DNA of 64,000 nt, taken from NCBI GenBank assembly GCA_041690355.1, contig JAWLHK010000017.1:1-64000 (forward strand), in the 5' to 3' direction. A program made the position numbers and the translations under genes. The stretch's first letter is position 1; each line of letters begins with the position of its first letter. The notes beneath the pieces are model-generated. The model did no database searches. It saw nothing but the letters and a program-made list of their open reading frames with translations, and had not been told where the DNA came from. Positions 20,935 through 31,134 of the stretch are shown one piece after another. This DNA is from a bacterium (GTDB lineage: Bacteria; J088; JAWLBW01).

Positions 20935-20964
20935 TTGAACGCTCAAATCAAGGGCCGCTATAAT
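20935..20964 (+). promoter_or_regulatory. Sigma70 promoter for the DUF362 gene (divergent from the MFS gene)
   Basis: TTGAAC-18-TATAAT. Confidence 0.6.
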
Positions 20965-20997
20965 GTGGGGATATACAGTTACTGAACAGGGGCGTCC

Positions 20998-21909
20998 ATG
21001 ATCTATCTCGGGAAGAGCGAAGACCGATACCAGGCAGTGCGACAGGCACTGAACGAACTGAACCCCGTCATCCGCGGGACCATCGTGCTCAAGCCCGATC
21101 TGCCGTCCCCCGACGCGGGCGCGGGCGCCTTTACCCAGATCTCATTCGTGCGGGCCGCCGTCGACTGGATCCGCGAACACGGCAATCCCCGCCGGATCCT
21201 GATCGCCGAGGGGGCGAGCCAGGGGACGACCGAGGAGCTTTTCCAGGCGCTCGGCTATGACGACTTTGTGAAGAACCTGAAGAACGGCAAGAAAGTCGAG
21301 CTGTTCGACATCAACAGCGACAACACCTACGCCCTCGATTTCAAGGACGCCCGGGGTGAAACCCTGACGCTCCCGGTATCGCAGACGGTGCTCGACGCCG
21401 ACTTCATTCTCGTCTTCAGCCTGCTCAAGACCCACGACCACGTGGCCCTCTCGGGCACGGTGCGCAGCCTCGACAGCTTCATCGTCGGGGCCGAGAACCG
21501 CGCCCGTTTTCACGGGCTGAGCGGCAAGCGCCCGCACGAAATGGACGACGGCGAACTCGGGCGCAGCGCCCGGGCCTACGCGGGTAACCTCCTGCAGCTG
21601 AACGGTCTGATCGAGCCCGATCTGGTGCTCATCGACGGCAACGGTCAGGAGGGCAACGGCCCCGTACGCGGCAATCCGAAAACGACCGACCTGGTGCTCG
21701 CAGGCGACGACGCCCTGCAGGTCGATGTCGTTGCCGCCCGCGTCATGGGCTTCTCGCCCGACGATGTTCCCTACCTGCACCTGGCTGCCGAAGACGACGA
21801 AGATCTGCTCGGGGATCAGGAAGTGCGCGGCCTCGACCCCGACGAAGTGCGCACCGACTTCACTCCGCATCGCCGGATGAAGCAGATGCAGGCCGAGCAG
21901 GGCGCCTGA
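20998..21909 (+). CDS. DUF362-family protein
   Basis: IVLKPD, IAEG, LKTH, EGNGP, VDVVAARVMGF..VPYL. Confidence 0.75.
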   Translation: MIYLGKSEDRYQAVRQALNELNPVIRGTIVLKPDLPSPDAGAGAFTQISFVRAAVDWIREHGNPRRILIAEGASQGTTEELFQALGYDDFVKNLKNGKKVELFDINSDNTYALDFKDARGETLTLPVSQTVLDADFILVFSLLKTHDHVALSGTVRSLDSFIVGAENRARFHGLSGKRPHEMDDGELGRSARAYAGNLLQLNGLIEPDLVLIDGNGQEGNGPVRGNPKTTDLVLAGDDALQVDVVAARVMGFSPDDVPYLHLAAEDDEDLLGDQEVRGLDPDEVRTDFTPHRRMKQMQAEQGA

Positions 21910-21953
21910 AGCCCGGCGTGGCGCGGGGGCGCGCCTGGTGATAGGCTACCCGT

Positions 21954-23447
21954 ATGCAGCCTGACACCCCGGTGCGCATCCTCGTCGCCGACGACGAACA
22001 GTCCATCCGCGAGGTCATCCGCGATTTTCTGACGCTCGAGCGCTACGAAGTCGTTGACGTCGCCGATGGCGAGCAGGCGCTCGCGCGCCTGCAGTCCGAG
22101 CCGTTCGACATCCTCTTGACCGACCTCGAGATGCCGCGGGTCAACGGTCTCGAGCTCCTCCGCCGGATCCGCAGCCTCGACCAGCGGCCGTTGCCCATCA
22201 TCATGACCGGCTACGCCACCGTCGAGAATGCCGTGGAGGCCATGCGGGTCGGCGCGCATGACTACATTCTCAAGCCCTTCAAGATCGACGAGGTCGTCCA
22301 CACGATCCGGATGGCGCGCGAGAAGCTCGAACTCGAACGCGAGAATCTCAGTCTGCGCCAGGCCGTCTCGGTTTACCATGTTGCCGAAGCGCTGACCCTG
22401 TCGCTGCCGGTGGAGACGATGCTCGACATCGTCATCGACCTGCTGGTGCAGGAGCTGGGGCTCGACGCGGCCGCCGTGGTTTTCGACGGCTCGCTGCGCA
22501 AACGGCGTACCCGGATCGGCGAACGCGGCGAAGATCTTCTCGCGCAGCTGGACTGGAAGCGCATGGCCGCCGAGTTCGAAGCCGGGCGCACCGTGCTCGC
22601 CGGCGGCGAAGCCGCGCAGGCGTACTTTGCCGGCATGCCGGTCGAATCGGTGGTGGCGGTTCCGCTGACGGCCCGCAAGCGGCTGGCCGGAGGGCTCATC
22701 GGGGTCTCGGTGACGCCGCGGCGCCGTTTTCAGGAGGGAGACCGCCGGCTCATGACCGTCGTGGCCACCCAGGCCGCGGCCGCCGTCGACAACGTCCACC
22801 TCTACCGCGACCTGCAGCACACGGTGACGAGCACGATCGAGGGGCTCGTCATCGCCCTCGAAGCCAAGGATGAGTATACCGCCGGCCACTCGCAGCGCGT
22901 TGCCCGGTGGGCCGAGATCATCGCCCTGCAGTCCGGTCTCGAAGGCGACGAAGTCGAACGGGTCGTCAAAGGGGCGCTCCTGCACGACATCGGAAAAATC
23001 GGCGTCGACGAAGAGGCGCTGCGCAAAGCAGGGAAGCTCACTCCCGAGGAGTTCCAGGCCTTTCAGTCCCATCCGGTCATCAGCCGGCGCATTCTCGAGC
23101 CGCTGCGCTTTCTGGGGCCCGTGGTCGATTACGTCGCGCACCACCATGAGCGCTTTGACGGGCAGGGCTACCCCGGGCGCCTGCTGGGAGACGCGATTCC
23201 GCTTGGCGCGCGCATCATTTGCCTCGCAGACTCGTTCGAGGTCATGAGCACCGATCGCGCCTACCGCAAGCGGCTTCCGCGCGAGATTGCGCTTGCCGAG
23301 CTGCGGCGCTGCGCGGGAACGCAGTTCGATCCGCGTCTGGTCGAGGTCTTCCTGCGCTACCTGGAAGGGTTTTCCACCTTCCGCGAGGCCATGGAGAACG
23401 AATCGGTCGGGCGCCCGGATGCGCTTATCGCCGATGTGCTCGGCTGA
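21954..23447 (+). CDS. Response regulator REC-GAF-HD-GYP cyclic-dinucleotide phosphodiesterase
   Basis: ILVADDE..TDLEMP..KPF receiver; GAF-like middle; HSQRV, LHDIGK, HHERFDGQGYP. Confidence 0.92.
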   Translation: MQPDTPVRILVADDEQSIREVIRDFLTLERYEVVDVADGEQALARLQSEPFDILLTDLEMPRVNGLELLRRIRSLDQRPLPIIMTGYATVENAVEAMRVGAHDYILKPFKIDEVVHTIRMAREKLELERENLSLRQAVSVYHVAEALTLSLPVETMLDIVIDLLVQELGLDAAAVVFDGSLRKRRTRIGERGEDLLAQLDWKRMAAEFEAGRTVLAGGEAAQAYFAGMPVESVVAVPLTARKRLAGGLIGVSVTPRRRFQEGDRRLMTVVATQAAAAVDNVHLYRDLQHTVTSTIEGLVIALEAKDEYTAGHSQRVARWAEIIALQSGLEGDEVERVVKGALLHDIGKIGVDEEALRKAGKLTPEEFQAFQSHPVISRRILEPLRFLGPVVDYVAHHHERFDGQGYPGRLLGDAIPLGARIICLADSFEVMSTDRAYRKRLPREIALAELRRCAGTQFDPRLVEVFLRYLEGFSTFREAMENESVGRPDALIADVLG

Positions 23448-24141
23448 CCGACGCTGCCCGCCGGACACCCGCCAACCACCAGTCGGCCGAGGGAAGTTCC
23501 CCCGAAGCCAGATGGGGCAGCCAGGCCAGCGCCGCTTCTCCGGAAAGACGATGGAAATCCGCCGGGTTCCGCCCCAGGCTCTCGTCGGCACCCTCCGGCG
23601 CATCCTCCGGCGCGGCGTCGGTGAAGACCCAGCCGGCGACGGGCAGGTTGCGATGCGCCAGCGCTTCGCGGGTCAGCAGCGCGTGATTCAGACATCCAAG
23701 GCGGTTGGCGACGACCACCAGGATCGGGGCCTGCCAGCGCGTCGCGAGGTCCACGGCCGTGATTCCGTCTGCGTAGGGGGTCAGCAGGCCGCCGGCCCCC
23801 TCGATAATCAGCGGACGGAACCGGGCGGCGAGGCGCTGCCGATCGGCGTCGAGAACGGCCGTGTCGATGGGCCGCGCTTCGGCCTCGGCCGCGAAGCGCG
23901 GCGCCAGCGGCGCGTGCAACCGGTACGAGGAATGGATACGATCAGGTTGACCGGTCCATGCGGCCAGACGGCCGGCGTCGCCCGGCGTGCCGCTCTCGGC
24001 CGGTTTGTAATAACCCCAGGAAAGCCCCTGCCGGTCGGCCGCCTGCGCGAGCGCGGCGCATACGAGGGTCTTGCCGGCGTTGGTGTCGGTGCCCGTGACG
24101 AAAAGAGTGGGTAGATGAAGAATTCCGTTCGCTTGCTGCAT
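23425..24141 (-). CDS. bioD: Dethiobiotin synthase (start uncertain)
   Basis: LFVTGTDTNAGKT, YKPAESG, IEGAGG, RLGCLNHALLT. Confidence 0.88.
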   Translation of the reverse strand: MQQANGILHLPTLFVTGTDTNAGKTLVCAALAQAADRQGLSWGYYKPAESGTPGDAGRLAAWTGQPDRIHSSYRLHAPLAPRFAAEAEARPIDTAVLDADRQRLAARFRPLIIEGAGGLLTPYADGITAVDLATRWQAPILVVVANRLGCLNHALLTREALAHRNLPVAGWVFTDAAPEDAPEGADESLGRNPADFHRLSGEAALAWLPHLASGELPSADWWLAGVRRAASVSRAHRR

Positions 24142-24927
24142 ATCACCGACATCCATTTCGGCCCGCCGCACGACGATGCGCTCGACGACGCGATCCGCGG
24201 CCTGATTGCGCGGGAAGCGCCCGACGCGCTGCTGGTCAGCGGCGATCTCACGCAGCGCGCGAAAGCCGACCAGTTCGAGGCCGCGCGCGCCTATCTCTCG
24301 AGTCTCAGCCTACCGCAGGTCGTCGTACCGGGCAATCACGACGTGCCCCTCTATGCGCTGCACGAACGTCTGGGCGACCCGTTCGGGCGCTTCCGGAAGC
24401 ACTTCGCTCCGGATCTTGAGCCGACGCTCCAGCTCGACCGCGCTTGGATCTTCGGCATGAATACGGCGAAGGGGTGGACGATGAAGAACGGCGTGTTCCG
24501 CGAAGAAACCCTCGCCCGCATGGAGCGGTTTTTTGCGGATGCGCCGCGCGAGGCGCTGCGGGTCGTGGTCGCCCACCATCACCTGCTGCCGGCCCCCGGC
24601 GTCGTCTACGACCCGGTGGCCGCGCGGGCGCGCGAAGCCGCCGAGGCGCTCAGCCGCGCGCGCGTCGACGTGCTGCTCGGCGGGCATCTGCACCACACCT
24701 TCGTGCAGCGCCTGCGCGACTTCTATCCCGGGCTCGCGTGGAACACCTGGGTGGCGCACGCGGGCACGAGCATGAGCACGCGCGGGCGTCGCGCCGAACA
24801 CGGGATGAACACCGTCAATCTGCTCGACTTCGACGGCGCCCACCTGAAGCTGGTCAGCCTGCGGCATGACGGCGGACACTTTCTACCGGCCATGCACTAC
24901 GCGGCCGACATGCGCAGCGGCCGATAA
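24115..24927 (+). CDS. Metallophosphoesterase (CpdA/Icc-like)
   Basis: TDIHFG, SGDLTQ, PGNHD, HHH, GHLH. Confidence 0.9.
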   Translation: MKNSVRLLHITDIHFGPPHDDALDDAIRGLIAREAPDALLVSGDLTQRAKADQFEAARAYLSSLSLPQVVVPGNHDVPLYALHERLGDPFGRFRKHFAPDLEPTLQLDRAWIFGMNTAKGWTMKNGVFREETLARMERFFADAPREALRVVVAHHHLLPAPGVVYDPVAARAREAAEALSRARVDVLLGGHLHHTFVQRLRDFYPGLAWNTWVAHAGTSMSTRGRRAEHGMNTVNLLDFDGAHLKLVSLRHDGGHFLPAMHYAADMRSGR

Positions 24928-25048
24928 GGTCTGCCGGGCGATTTCCCGGGCATTGCGGTGCGTCGCATAAGCGGCTTCGGGAAAGCGGCTGAACTTATTG
25001 CGTGGTACCCGACAGGCGGCTATCATGAAGGTTTCGGAGGAATTCGTA

Positions 25049-25810
25049 ATGGAAGAACAGCAGCCTGCATCGTCGCCCCGCCCTGAAGAAGCGAACGGCA
25101 GCGGCATCCTGATCCCGCTCGTCATCGCCACCTTCATCATCGTCGGCGCGTTGCTGGGCGCGACCGCCTATCTTTCGCAGCAGATCAGCGTCGTGCAGGC
25201 GCAGCTGGTCGAAGTGGGCGCAGGCGGACCGGGCGGCGGTCCCGAGAATGCCAATCAGCCGCCGCGTCGCGAGCCGCCCGCGAAAGTAGACTCCGACAAG
25301 CTCATCGGCGCCGAAGACCCTGCGAACGGCCCGGCCGATGCGGCGATCACGATTGTCGAGTATTCAGACTACGAGTGCCCCTTCTGCGGCCGCTTCTATC
25401 AGCAGACGCTTCCGGAACTGAAGAAGATCTATGGGGAGCAGATCCGCTGGGTGTTCAAGGATTTCCCCCTGCCGTTCCACGGCAATGCCCAGAAGGCGCA
25501 CGAAGCCGCGCACTGCGCGGGCGATCAGAACAAGTACTGGCCGTACCATGACCTGGTGTTCGAGAACCAGAAGAACATGGGGCTTTCCGATCTGAAGGCG
25601 CATGCCGCAAAGCTGAACCTGGATGCGGCCCAGTTCGAAGCGTGCCTGTCGAGCGACAAGTACGCCGAACGGGTGCAGGCGGGGATCGACTCGGGCCGGG
25701 AGTTCGGCGTCTCGGGCACGCCGACCTTCTTCGTGAACGGCCGCCGCATCGTCGGCGCCCTGCCGGCCAGCGAATTCAAGCGGGTCATCGACGCCGAACT
25801 CAAGAACTGA
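25049..25810 (+). CDS. DsbA-family thiol-disulfide oxidoreductase, membrane anchored
   Basis: EYSDYECPFC, FPLPFH, GTPTFFVNG; GGAGG RBS. Confidence 0.9.
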   Translation: MEEQQPASSPRPEEANGSGILIPLVIATFIIVGALLGATAYLSQQISVVQAQLVEVGAGGPGGGPENANQPPRREPPAKVDSDKLIGAEDPANGPADAAITIVEYSDYECPFCGRFYQQTLPELKKIYGEQIRWVFKDFPLPFHGNAQKAHEAAHCAGDQNKYWPYHDLVFENQKNMGLSDLKAHAAKLNLDAAQFEACLSSDKYAERVQAGIDSGREFGVSGTPTFFVNGRRIVGALPASEFKRVIDAELKN

Positions 25811-25840
25811 CCAGGCCGTCTTCGACGCTGAACTTCATGG

Positions 25841-25877
25841 GGGCGGGCATCCTGCAGGGTGCCCGCCCTTCTTTCTT
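25841..25877 (+). terminator. Intrinsic terminator between convergent dsbA-like and udg genes
   Basis: GGGCGGGCATCCT-gc-AGGGTGCCCGCCC followed by TTCTTTCTT. Confidence 0.65.
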
Positions 25878-25881
25878 GCGG

Positions 25882-26577
25882 TCAGCGGGAGAGAAGGTTC
25901 CGTGCGCGCGCGAAGACCTGCTCGAACATGGCCATCGTCAGGCGGCCCGTGTTCGTGTTCTGGCGGCTGCAGTGGTAGGAGGGGAGCAGGGTGTGCCCGT
26001 TCGGCATCTCGTACTCCACCCCGTGGGCGAACGGGAAGGCAGACAGCCGTTCAATTTTTCCGTGCTCGCGCAGCCAGAGCAGGTAGCTGCGCATGGCCAG
26101 CGAGCCGAGGGGAATGACGACGCGCGCGTTGCGCAAGCGGTCCATCTCGAGCGCCAGGTAGGGGGCGCAGTTGCCGATCTCCTCCGGCGTCGGCCGGTTG
26201 CCGGGGGGGACGCATTTCGCGATGTTCGTGACGTAGGCGTCCTGGAGGACGAGGCCGTCGTCGAGCGACACCGATTCCGCCTGATTCGAGAAGCCGTAGC
26301 GGTAGAGGATGGGATAGAGCCAGGTGCCCGCCGCGTCGCCCGTAAAGGGTCGCCCCGTGCGGTTGGCCCCCTGCGCCCCGGGGGCGAGCCCGAGCACGAC
26401 GAGACGCGCCTTCGGATCGCCGACGGCGGGCACGGGCCGGCTCCAGTAATCCTCGGGCGCAAAGCCTTTGCGCGCCTTCTGCCGGATGGCATCGCGGCAG
26501 GCCACCAGGCGCGGGCAGCGCACGCAGTCGAAGAGCCCCGCGAGCGGGATGGGCTGGGGCGGAACGCGGGCCGTCAG
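25882..26577 (-). CDS. Family-5 uracil-DNA glycosylase (UdgB-like, Fe-S)
   Basis: [47 protein letters not shown]; probable CTG start at 26577. Confidence 0.88.
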   Translation of the reverse strand: MTARVPPQPIPLAGLFDCVRCPRLVACRDAIRQKARKGFAPEDYWSRPVPAVGDPKARLVVLGLAPGAQGANRTGRPFTGDAAGTWLYPILYRYGFSNQAESVSLDDGLVLQDAYVTNIAKCVPPGNRPTPEEIGNCAPYLALEMDRLRNARVVIPLGSLAMRSYLLWLREHGKIERLSAFPFAHGVEYEMPNGHTLLPSYHCSRQNTNTGRLTMAMFEQVFARARNLLSR

Positions 26578-28052
26578 CGCCGTTTCTCCAGCTCGTCCTT
26601 CACGAGCTTGTTGGCGACGCCGGGGTTCGCTTTCCCCTTCATCTCCTTCATGACCTGGCCCACGAAGAAGCCGAGCAGCTTGTCTTGGCCGCCCAGGTAG
26701 CGCTGGACTTCGTCGGGGTTGGCGTCGACGATGCTCTTGACGATCCCGGCGATGGCTCCTTCATCGGAAACCTGCGCCAGGTTCTTGTCCTTGACGACAG
26801 CGTCGGCCAGGGTCTTCGCATCTTCGCCGGCGCCGGCCTTGCGGCGGGCCCACATCTCTTCGAAGACGGTCTTGGCCGCGCTGCCGGAAATGGTCTTGGC
26901 CTCGATCAGCTTCAGGATGGCGGCCAGATCCTCGGGGGTAATCGGACACGCCTCGATGGTCAGGCTCTCTTCATTCAGCTTGCGCAGGACCTCGGTCATG
27001 GTCCAGTTGCTGACCTGCTTCGGCGTTCCCCCGTAGGCCTTCACGGCGGCCTCGAACCACTCCGCCACCGGGCGCTCCTGCGTGAGCACGTCGGCGTCGT
27101 ACTTGGGCAGGCCCAGATCGGCCTGGAAGCGCGCCGACTTGGCGTCGGCCAGTTCGGGAAGGTTCGTGCGGATGTCCTCGATCCACGCGGTATCCAGCTG
27201 CAGGGGGAGCAGGTCGGGCTCGGGGAAGTAGCGGTAGTCGTGCGCTTCTTCCTTGCTGCGCATGCTGCGCGTCGTGCCGTTCGAGGTGTCGAACAGGCGC
27301 GTCTCCTGCACGACCTTGCCGCCGCTTTCGAGGATTTCCTTCTGGCGTTCCACTTCGTACTCGATGGCCTGCTCGACGAAGCGGAAGGAGTTGATGTTCT
27401 TCAGTTCGGCCCGCGTGCCGAATTCCTTCTGGCCCATGGGACGCAGCGAGACGTTCGCGTCGCAGCGGAAGGAGCCCTCTTCCATGTTTCCGTCGCAGAC
27501 GCCGAGGTACACGAGAATGTTCCGCAGCTTGCGCAGATACGCCGTGGCTTCCGTCGCCGAGCGCATGTCGGGTTCGCTGACGATCTCCATGAGCGGAACG
27601 CCGGCGCGGTTCAGATCCACGTAGCTCGAGCGGTCGCTGCCGGAGCCGTGGATGTTCTTGCCGGCGTCCTCTTCCATGTGGATGCGCGTGATGCCGATGC
27701 GCTTGGTAGAACCGTTCTCGAGCTCGATGTCGAGGTGGCCGTGTTCGCAGACCGGCAGCTCGTACTGGCTGATCTGGTAGCCCTTCGGAAGGTCAGGGTA
27801 GAAATAGTTCTTGCGCGCGAAGACGCTCTTCGGATTGATCGTGCAGTTCGTCGCGAGTCCCGTGCGCACCGTGTACTCCACCGCCGTCGCGTTCAGGACC
27901 GGCAGCACGCCGGGGAGCCCCAGGCAGACGGGACAGACATGGTGGTTCGGTTCTGCGCCGAAATCGGTCGGGCATCCGCAGAAGATCTTGGTCTTCGAGC
28001 TGACCTGGGCGTGAACTTCCAGGCCGATGACGACTTCCCACTGGGTGCTCAT
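26574..28052 (-). CDS. gatB: Asp/Glu-tRNA amidotransferase subunit B
   Basis: [36 protein letters not shown]. Confidence 0.98.
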   Translation of the reverse strand: MSTQWEVVIGLEVHAQVSSKTKIFCGCPTDFGAEPNHHVCPVCLGLPGVLPVLNATAVEYTVRTGLATNCTINPKSVFARKNYFYPDLPKGYQISQYELPVCEHGHLDIELENGSTKRIGITRIHMEEDAGKNIHGSGSDRSSYVDLNRAGVPLMEIVSEPDMRSATEATAYLRKLRNILVYLGVCDGNMEEGSFRCDANVSLRPMGQKEFGTRAELKNINSFRFVEQAIEYEVERQKEILESGGKVVQETRLFDTSNGTTRSMRSKEEAHDYRYFPEPDLLPLQLDTAWIEDIRTNLPELADAKSARFQADLGLPKYDADVLTQERPVAEWFEAAVKAYGGTPKQVSNWTMTEVLRKLNEESLTIEACPITPEDLAAILKLIEAKTISGSAAKTVFEEMWARRKAGAGEDAKTLADAVVKDKNLAQVSDEGAIAGIVKSIVDANPDEVQRYLGGQDKLLGFFVGQVMKEMKGKANPGVANKLVKDELEKRR

Positions 28053-29506
28053 AGCGCAGCCCTCCGCTTATGCCAATCGTGCGCCTGCTCGTAGGCGTAG
28101 CCGACGCGGAACAGGGTCGCTTCGTCCCAGGGCTTGCCGAGCAGCTGGAGGCCGATCGGCAGGTTGTTCGCGGTGAACCCGCAGGGGAGCGACATGCCCG
28201 GGAGGCCAGCCAGGTTGCAGGCGATGGTGAAGATATCGTTGAGGTACATCTGCAGCGGGTCAGTTACCTTTTCGCCGAAGCGGAAGGCCGGACTCGGCGT
28301 CGTCGGCGTGAGAATGACGTCGACCGACTCGAAGGCCTTGTCGAAGTCCTGCTTCATGAGCGTGCGCACCTTCTGCGCCTTCAGGTAGTAGGCGTCGTAG
28401 TATCCGGCGCTGAGTGCATAGGTGCCGATCATGATGCGGCGCTTGACCTCGGGGCCGAACCCTTCGCCGCGGCTGCGGGTGTACAGATCCTGCAGGTTTT
28501 CGGGATTCGCCGCGCGCACGCCGAAGCGCACGCCATCGTAGCGGGCAAGATTGCTCGAGGCTTCTGCAGGGGCGATCAGGTAGTAGGTGCTGACGGCGTA
28601 CTTCGTGTGGGGGAGCGAGACCTCGCGCACCTCGGCCCCCTGGGCCTTCAGGGATTCGATGGCGTCGCGCACGGCCTTCTCGACTTCGGGGTCGAGCCCT
28701 TCCACAAAATATTCCTTCGGGATGCCGATGCGCAGTCCTTTCACGCCGCTCCGCATCTCGGCCGTGTAGTCGGGCACGGGGCGGTTGGCGCTGGTGGAGT
28801 CCTGCGGGTCGTGGCCGGCGATGGCCTGCAGCAGAAGGGCCGCGTCCTCGACGTCGGCCGTTATGGGACCCACCTGATCGAGCGAGCTGGCGAAGGCGAT
28901 GACGCCGTAGCGCGAGACGCGGCCGTAGGTCGGCTTGAGCCCGACGGTGCCCGTGAAGGCGGCCGGCTGGCGGATGGAGCCGCCCGTGTCGGTGCCGAGG
29001 GTGAGCGTGGCTTCTCCCGCGGCGACGGCGGCCGAGCTGCCGCCCGAGCTTCCGCCCGGCGTGCGCTCGAGGTCCCACGGATTGCGGCTGGGGCCGTAGG
29101 CGCTGTTTTCCGTGGACGAGCCCATGGCGAACTCGTCCATGTTCAGCTTGCCGAGGAACACGCTGCCGGCGTCGCGAAGCTTCTTCACGACGAAGGCGTC
29201 GTACGGGGCGACGAAGTTGTCGAGAATCTTCGAAGCGCAGGTCGTGCGCGAGTCGCGGGCCAGAAAGATGTCCTTGAGCCCGACGGGGATCCCCGTGAGC
29301 GGCGCTGCGTCGCCCGCGGCAAGGCGCTTGTCGGCGGCCTCGGCCATGGCGAGCGCCTCTTCTTCCATGACGCTGAGGTAGGCGTGGACGCGCCCGTCGA
29401 CGGCGCGGATGCGGTCGAGCAGGGCGCGCGTCAGGTCGACCGACGAGATTTTCTTCTCTCGCAGATCGGCCGCCAGTTCGTGCGCGGTCTTGTGAAAGAC
29501 TTCCAT
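28049..29506 (-). CDS. gatA: Asp/Glu-tRNA amidotransferase subunit A
   Basis: [31 protein letters not shown]. Confidence 0.98.
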   Translation of the reverse strand: MEVFHKTAHELAADLREKKISSVDLTRALLDRIRAVDGRVHAYLSVMEEEALAMAEAADKRLAAGDAAPLTGIPVGLKDIFLARDSRTTCASKILDNFVAPYDAFVVKKLRDAGSVFLGKLNMDEFAMGSSTENSAYGPSRNPWDLERTPGGSSGGSSAAVAAGEATLTLGTDTGGSIRQPAAFTGTVGLKPTYGRVSRYGVIAFASSLDQVGPITADVEDAALLLQAIAGHDPQDSTSANRPVPDYTAEMRSGVKGLRIGIPKEYFVEGLDPEVEKAVRDAIESLKAQGAEVREVSLPHTKYAVSTYYLIAPAEASSNLARYDGVRFGVRAANPENLQDLYTRSRGEGFGPEVKRRIMIGTYALSAGYYDAYYLKAQKVRTLMKQDFDKAFESVDVILTPTTPSPAFRFGEKVTDPLQMYLNDIFTIACNLAGLPGMSLPCGFTANNLPIGLQLLGKPWDEATLFRVGYAYEQAHDWHKRRAAL

Positions 29507-29654
29507 AGTTCCGTTTTCCAAGAGGCGGTGGGGCAAGGGCCACTACCGCCGGGTTCCGAAAGCTTCAGGGACGGGAAAGGGGGCCGGGGGGGTTCCGCTC
29601 CCGGACCGGCTGTTCCCCGTCAGATCAATCCCTGCTCAAGCTCATTCCCCGAGC

Positions 29655-29942
29655 TCACTCAATGATACGCGGCACGCGAAAGGCCGAGCCCTTCGCGTCG
29701 GGCGCGTTGCGCAGGATGTCTTCGATGGAAAGACACGGGCGCGGCTCGTCGGGGCGCAGCGGCGTACCCTGGCTCTCGACGTGCGACGTCGGCTGCACGG
29801 CGCTCGTGTCGAGCTCCTTCAGCTCTTCGACATAGTTGAGGATGTTCGAGAGCTGGGTGCCGAGCGACTCGGCCTCTTCGGGCTGCAGTTTGAGGCGGGC
29901 CAGCGTGGCGATCTTGGCGACTGCCTGGGCGTCGAGCTTCAT
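29655..29942 (-). CDS. gatC: Asp/Glu-tRNA amidotransferase subunit C
   Basis: IATLARL...LRPDE...FRVPRIIE; position upstream of gatA. Confidence 0.95.
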   Translation of the reverse strand: MKLDAQAVAKIATLARLKLQPEEAESLGTQLSNILNYVEELKELDTSAVQPTSHVESQGTPLRPDEPRPCLSIEDILRNAPDAKGSAFRVPRIIE

Positions 29943-30301
29943 TTCGACTCCGGCTGGCCCGGCTTGTCGGCGATCAGCTCGCCGTAGTTCAGGTCTTCAC
30001 GGAAGGTGCTGAAGACGCGCTTCAGGAAGTTGCCGCCCATGCCGGTCAGCAGCTCCAGTTCGCCCTTGTCGAAGAAGATGCCGCCGCAGTTCTTACACAT
30101 GTCGACGGCGATGTCGCGCAGCATGACTTCTTTCATGTCATGGCCGCACTTGGGGCACTTCATCCAGTGGGCGCTGCGCAGCTGTTCGTCGCGCTGCTTC
30201 TTGCGTTCGGCGTCGAGCTGGACGCGAAGCTTCTTGAGCTTCTCCTGCTCTTCCTTGGCAAAGTATTCGTCTTCGGGATTCGAGGGTTTGTCGAGCGCCA
30301 T
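29939..30301 (-). CDS. zf-TFIIB-like zinc-ribbon protein
   Basis: EDEYF...MKCPKCG...DMCKNCGGIFFDKGELE; ATGA overlap with gatC. Confidence 0.8.
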   Translation of the reverse strand: MALDKPSNPEDEYFAKEEQEKLKKLRVQLDAERKKQRDEQLRSAHWMKCPKCGHDMKEVMLRDIAVDMCKNCGGIFFDKGELELLTGMGGNFLKRVFSTFREDLNYGELIADKPGQPESK

Positions 30302-30338
30302 GAATGGACTCCTGCTACAGGCTGGAAGGCAAACATTT

Positions 30339-30368
30339 ACTGTACGGGAACGCGAGCGGACGTGTCAA
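30339..30368 (-). promoter_or_regulatory. Sigma70 promoter for the zinc-ribbon-gatCAB-udg operon
   Basis: TTGACA-18-TACAGT. Confidence 0.6.
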
Positions 30369-30537
30369 CGAATCCGGGCGGTTCGGGGGGCGGGGGCGTC
30401 CGGAATTCCTGGCCGGAAAAACAAGCATATCTGCTTTTTTCTTCTCTTTGCGCAGCCGCTCGTGCTATTATCGCCGCCGAGGTGACCGGTCTCTTGAAAC
30501 CGAGTGCCGGCGGGGTGTTGTAGACTGGAGGCAGGGA

Positions 30538-31131
30538 ATGTCGTCTGTTTATGATTCACGAGCGTTCGTGAAACGACTGACGGAGTCCGGCATGCCTGAA
30601 CACCAGGCCGACGTATTCGCCAGCGAAAACCTGCTCCTGATTGCCGAACACCTGGCGACGAAAGATGATTTCAAGGCGCTGGAGACTTCGTTGAACGCGA
30701 AGTTGGACACCCTCGACGCCAAAACCGCTGCCCTCGAAGTCAAGCTAGTTTCCCGGATCGCGGCCGTAGAGAGCCGGCTGGAGTCGAACATCAAGGCCGT
30801 AGAGAGCCGGCTGGAGTCGAACATCGCGGCCGTTGAGAGCCTAGGGCGGAACATCGCGGCCCTTGAGAGCCGGCTAGGGTCGGACATCGAGGACCTGGAG
30901 AGCCGGCTAGGGTCGGACATCGAGGACCTGGAGAGCCGGCTAGGGTCGGACATCGCGGCCCTTGAGACCCGGCTGGTGTCGAAAATCGATGCGCTCGACG
31001 CCAAGTTCAGTAATCAATTCATCGCCTTGGAGGCGAAGGTGGACGCCCTCGAATCCCGAATCGTGGCCAGAGTGGGTCTCCTCATGGCGGCTATGGTGGG
31101 CGTGATGACAGCTATCCTCAAGTTTACATAG
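30538..31131 (+). CDS. DUF1640/CCDC90-like coiled-coil protein with C-terminal TM anchor
   Basis: YDSRAFVKRLTESGMPEHQA head, LATKDD neck, 11-residue repeat stalk, hydrophobic C-terminus. Confidence 0.8.
   Translation: MSSVYDSRAFVKRLTESGMPEHQADVFASENLLLIAEHLATKDDFKALETSLNAKLDTLDAKTAALEVKLVSRIAAVESRLESNIKAVESRLESNIAAVESLGRNIAALESRLGSDIEDLESRLGSDIEDLESRLGSDIAALETRLVSKIDALDAKFSNQFIALEAKVDALESRIVARVGLLMAAMVGVMTAILKFT
30757..30984 (+). repeat. Seven in-frame 33-bp tandem repeats (one 30 bp)
   Basis: Units such as ATCGAGGACCTGGAGAGCCGGCTAGGGTCGGAC encoding I(A/E/K)(A/D)(V/L)ESRL(E/G)S(N/D). Confidence 0.9.
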
Positions 31132-31134
31132 ACG

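Noticed and set aside
29507-29654. SRP RNA, 6S RNA or T-box
   Set aside because: Lacks the SRP helix-8 consensus and T-box motif; too short and not clearly 6S-like, so kept only as an unassigned structure
30757-30984. 33-bp repeats as a CRISPR array
   Set aside because: No unique spacers, in-frame coding repeats, no cas genes
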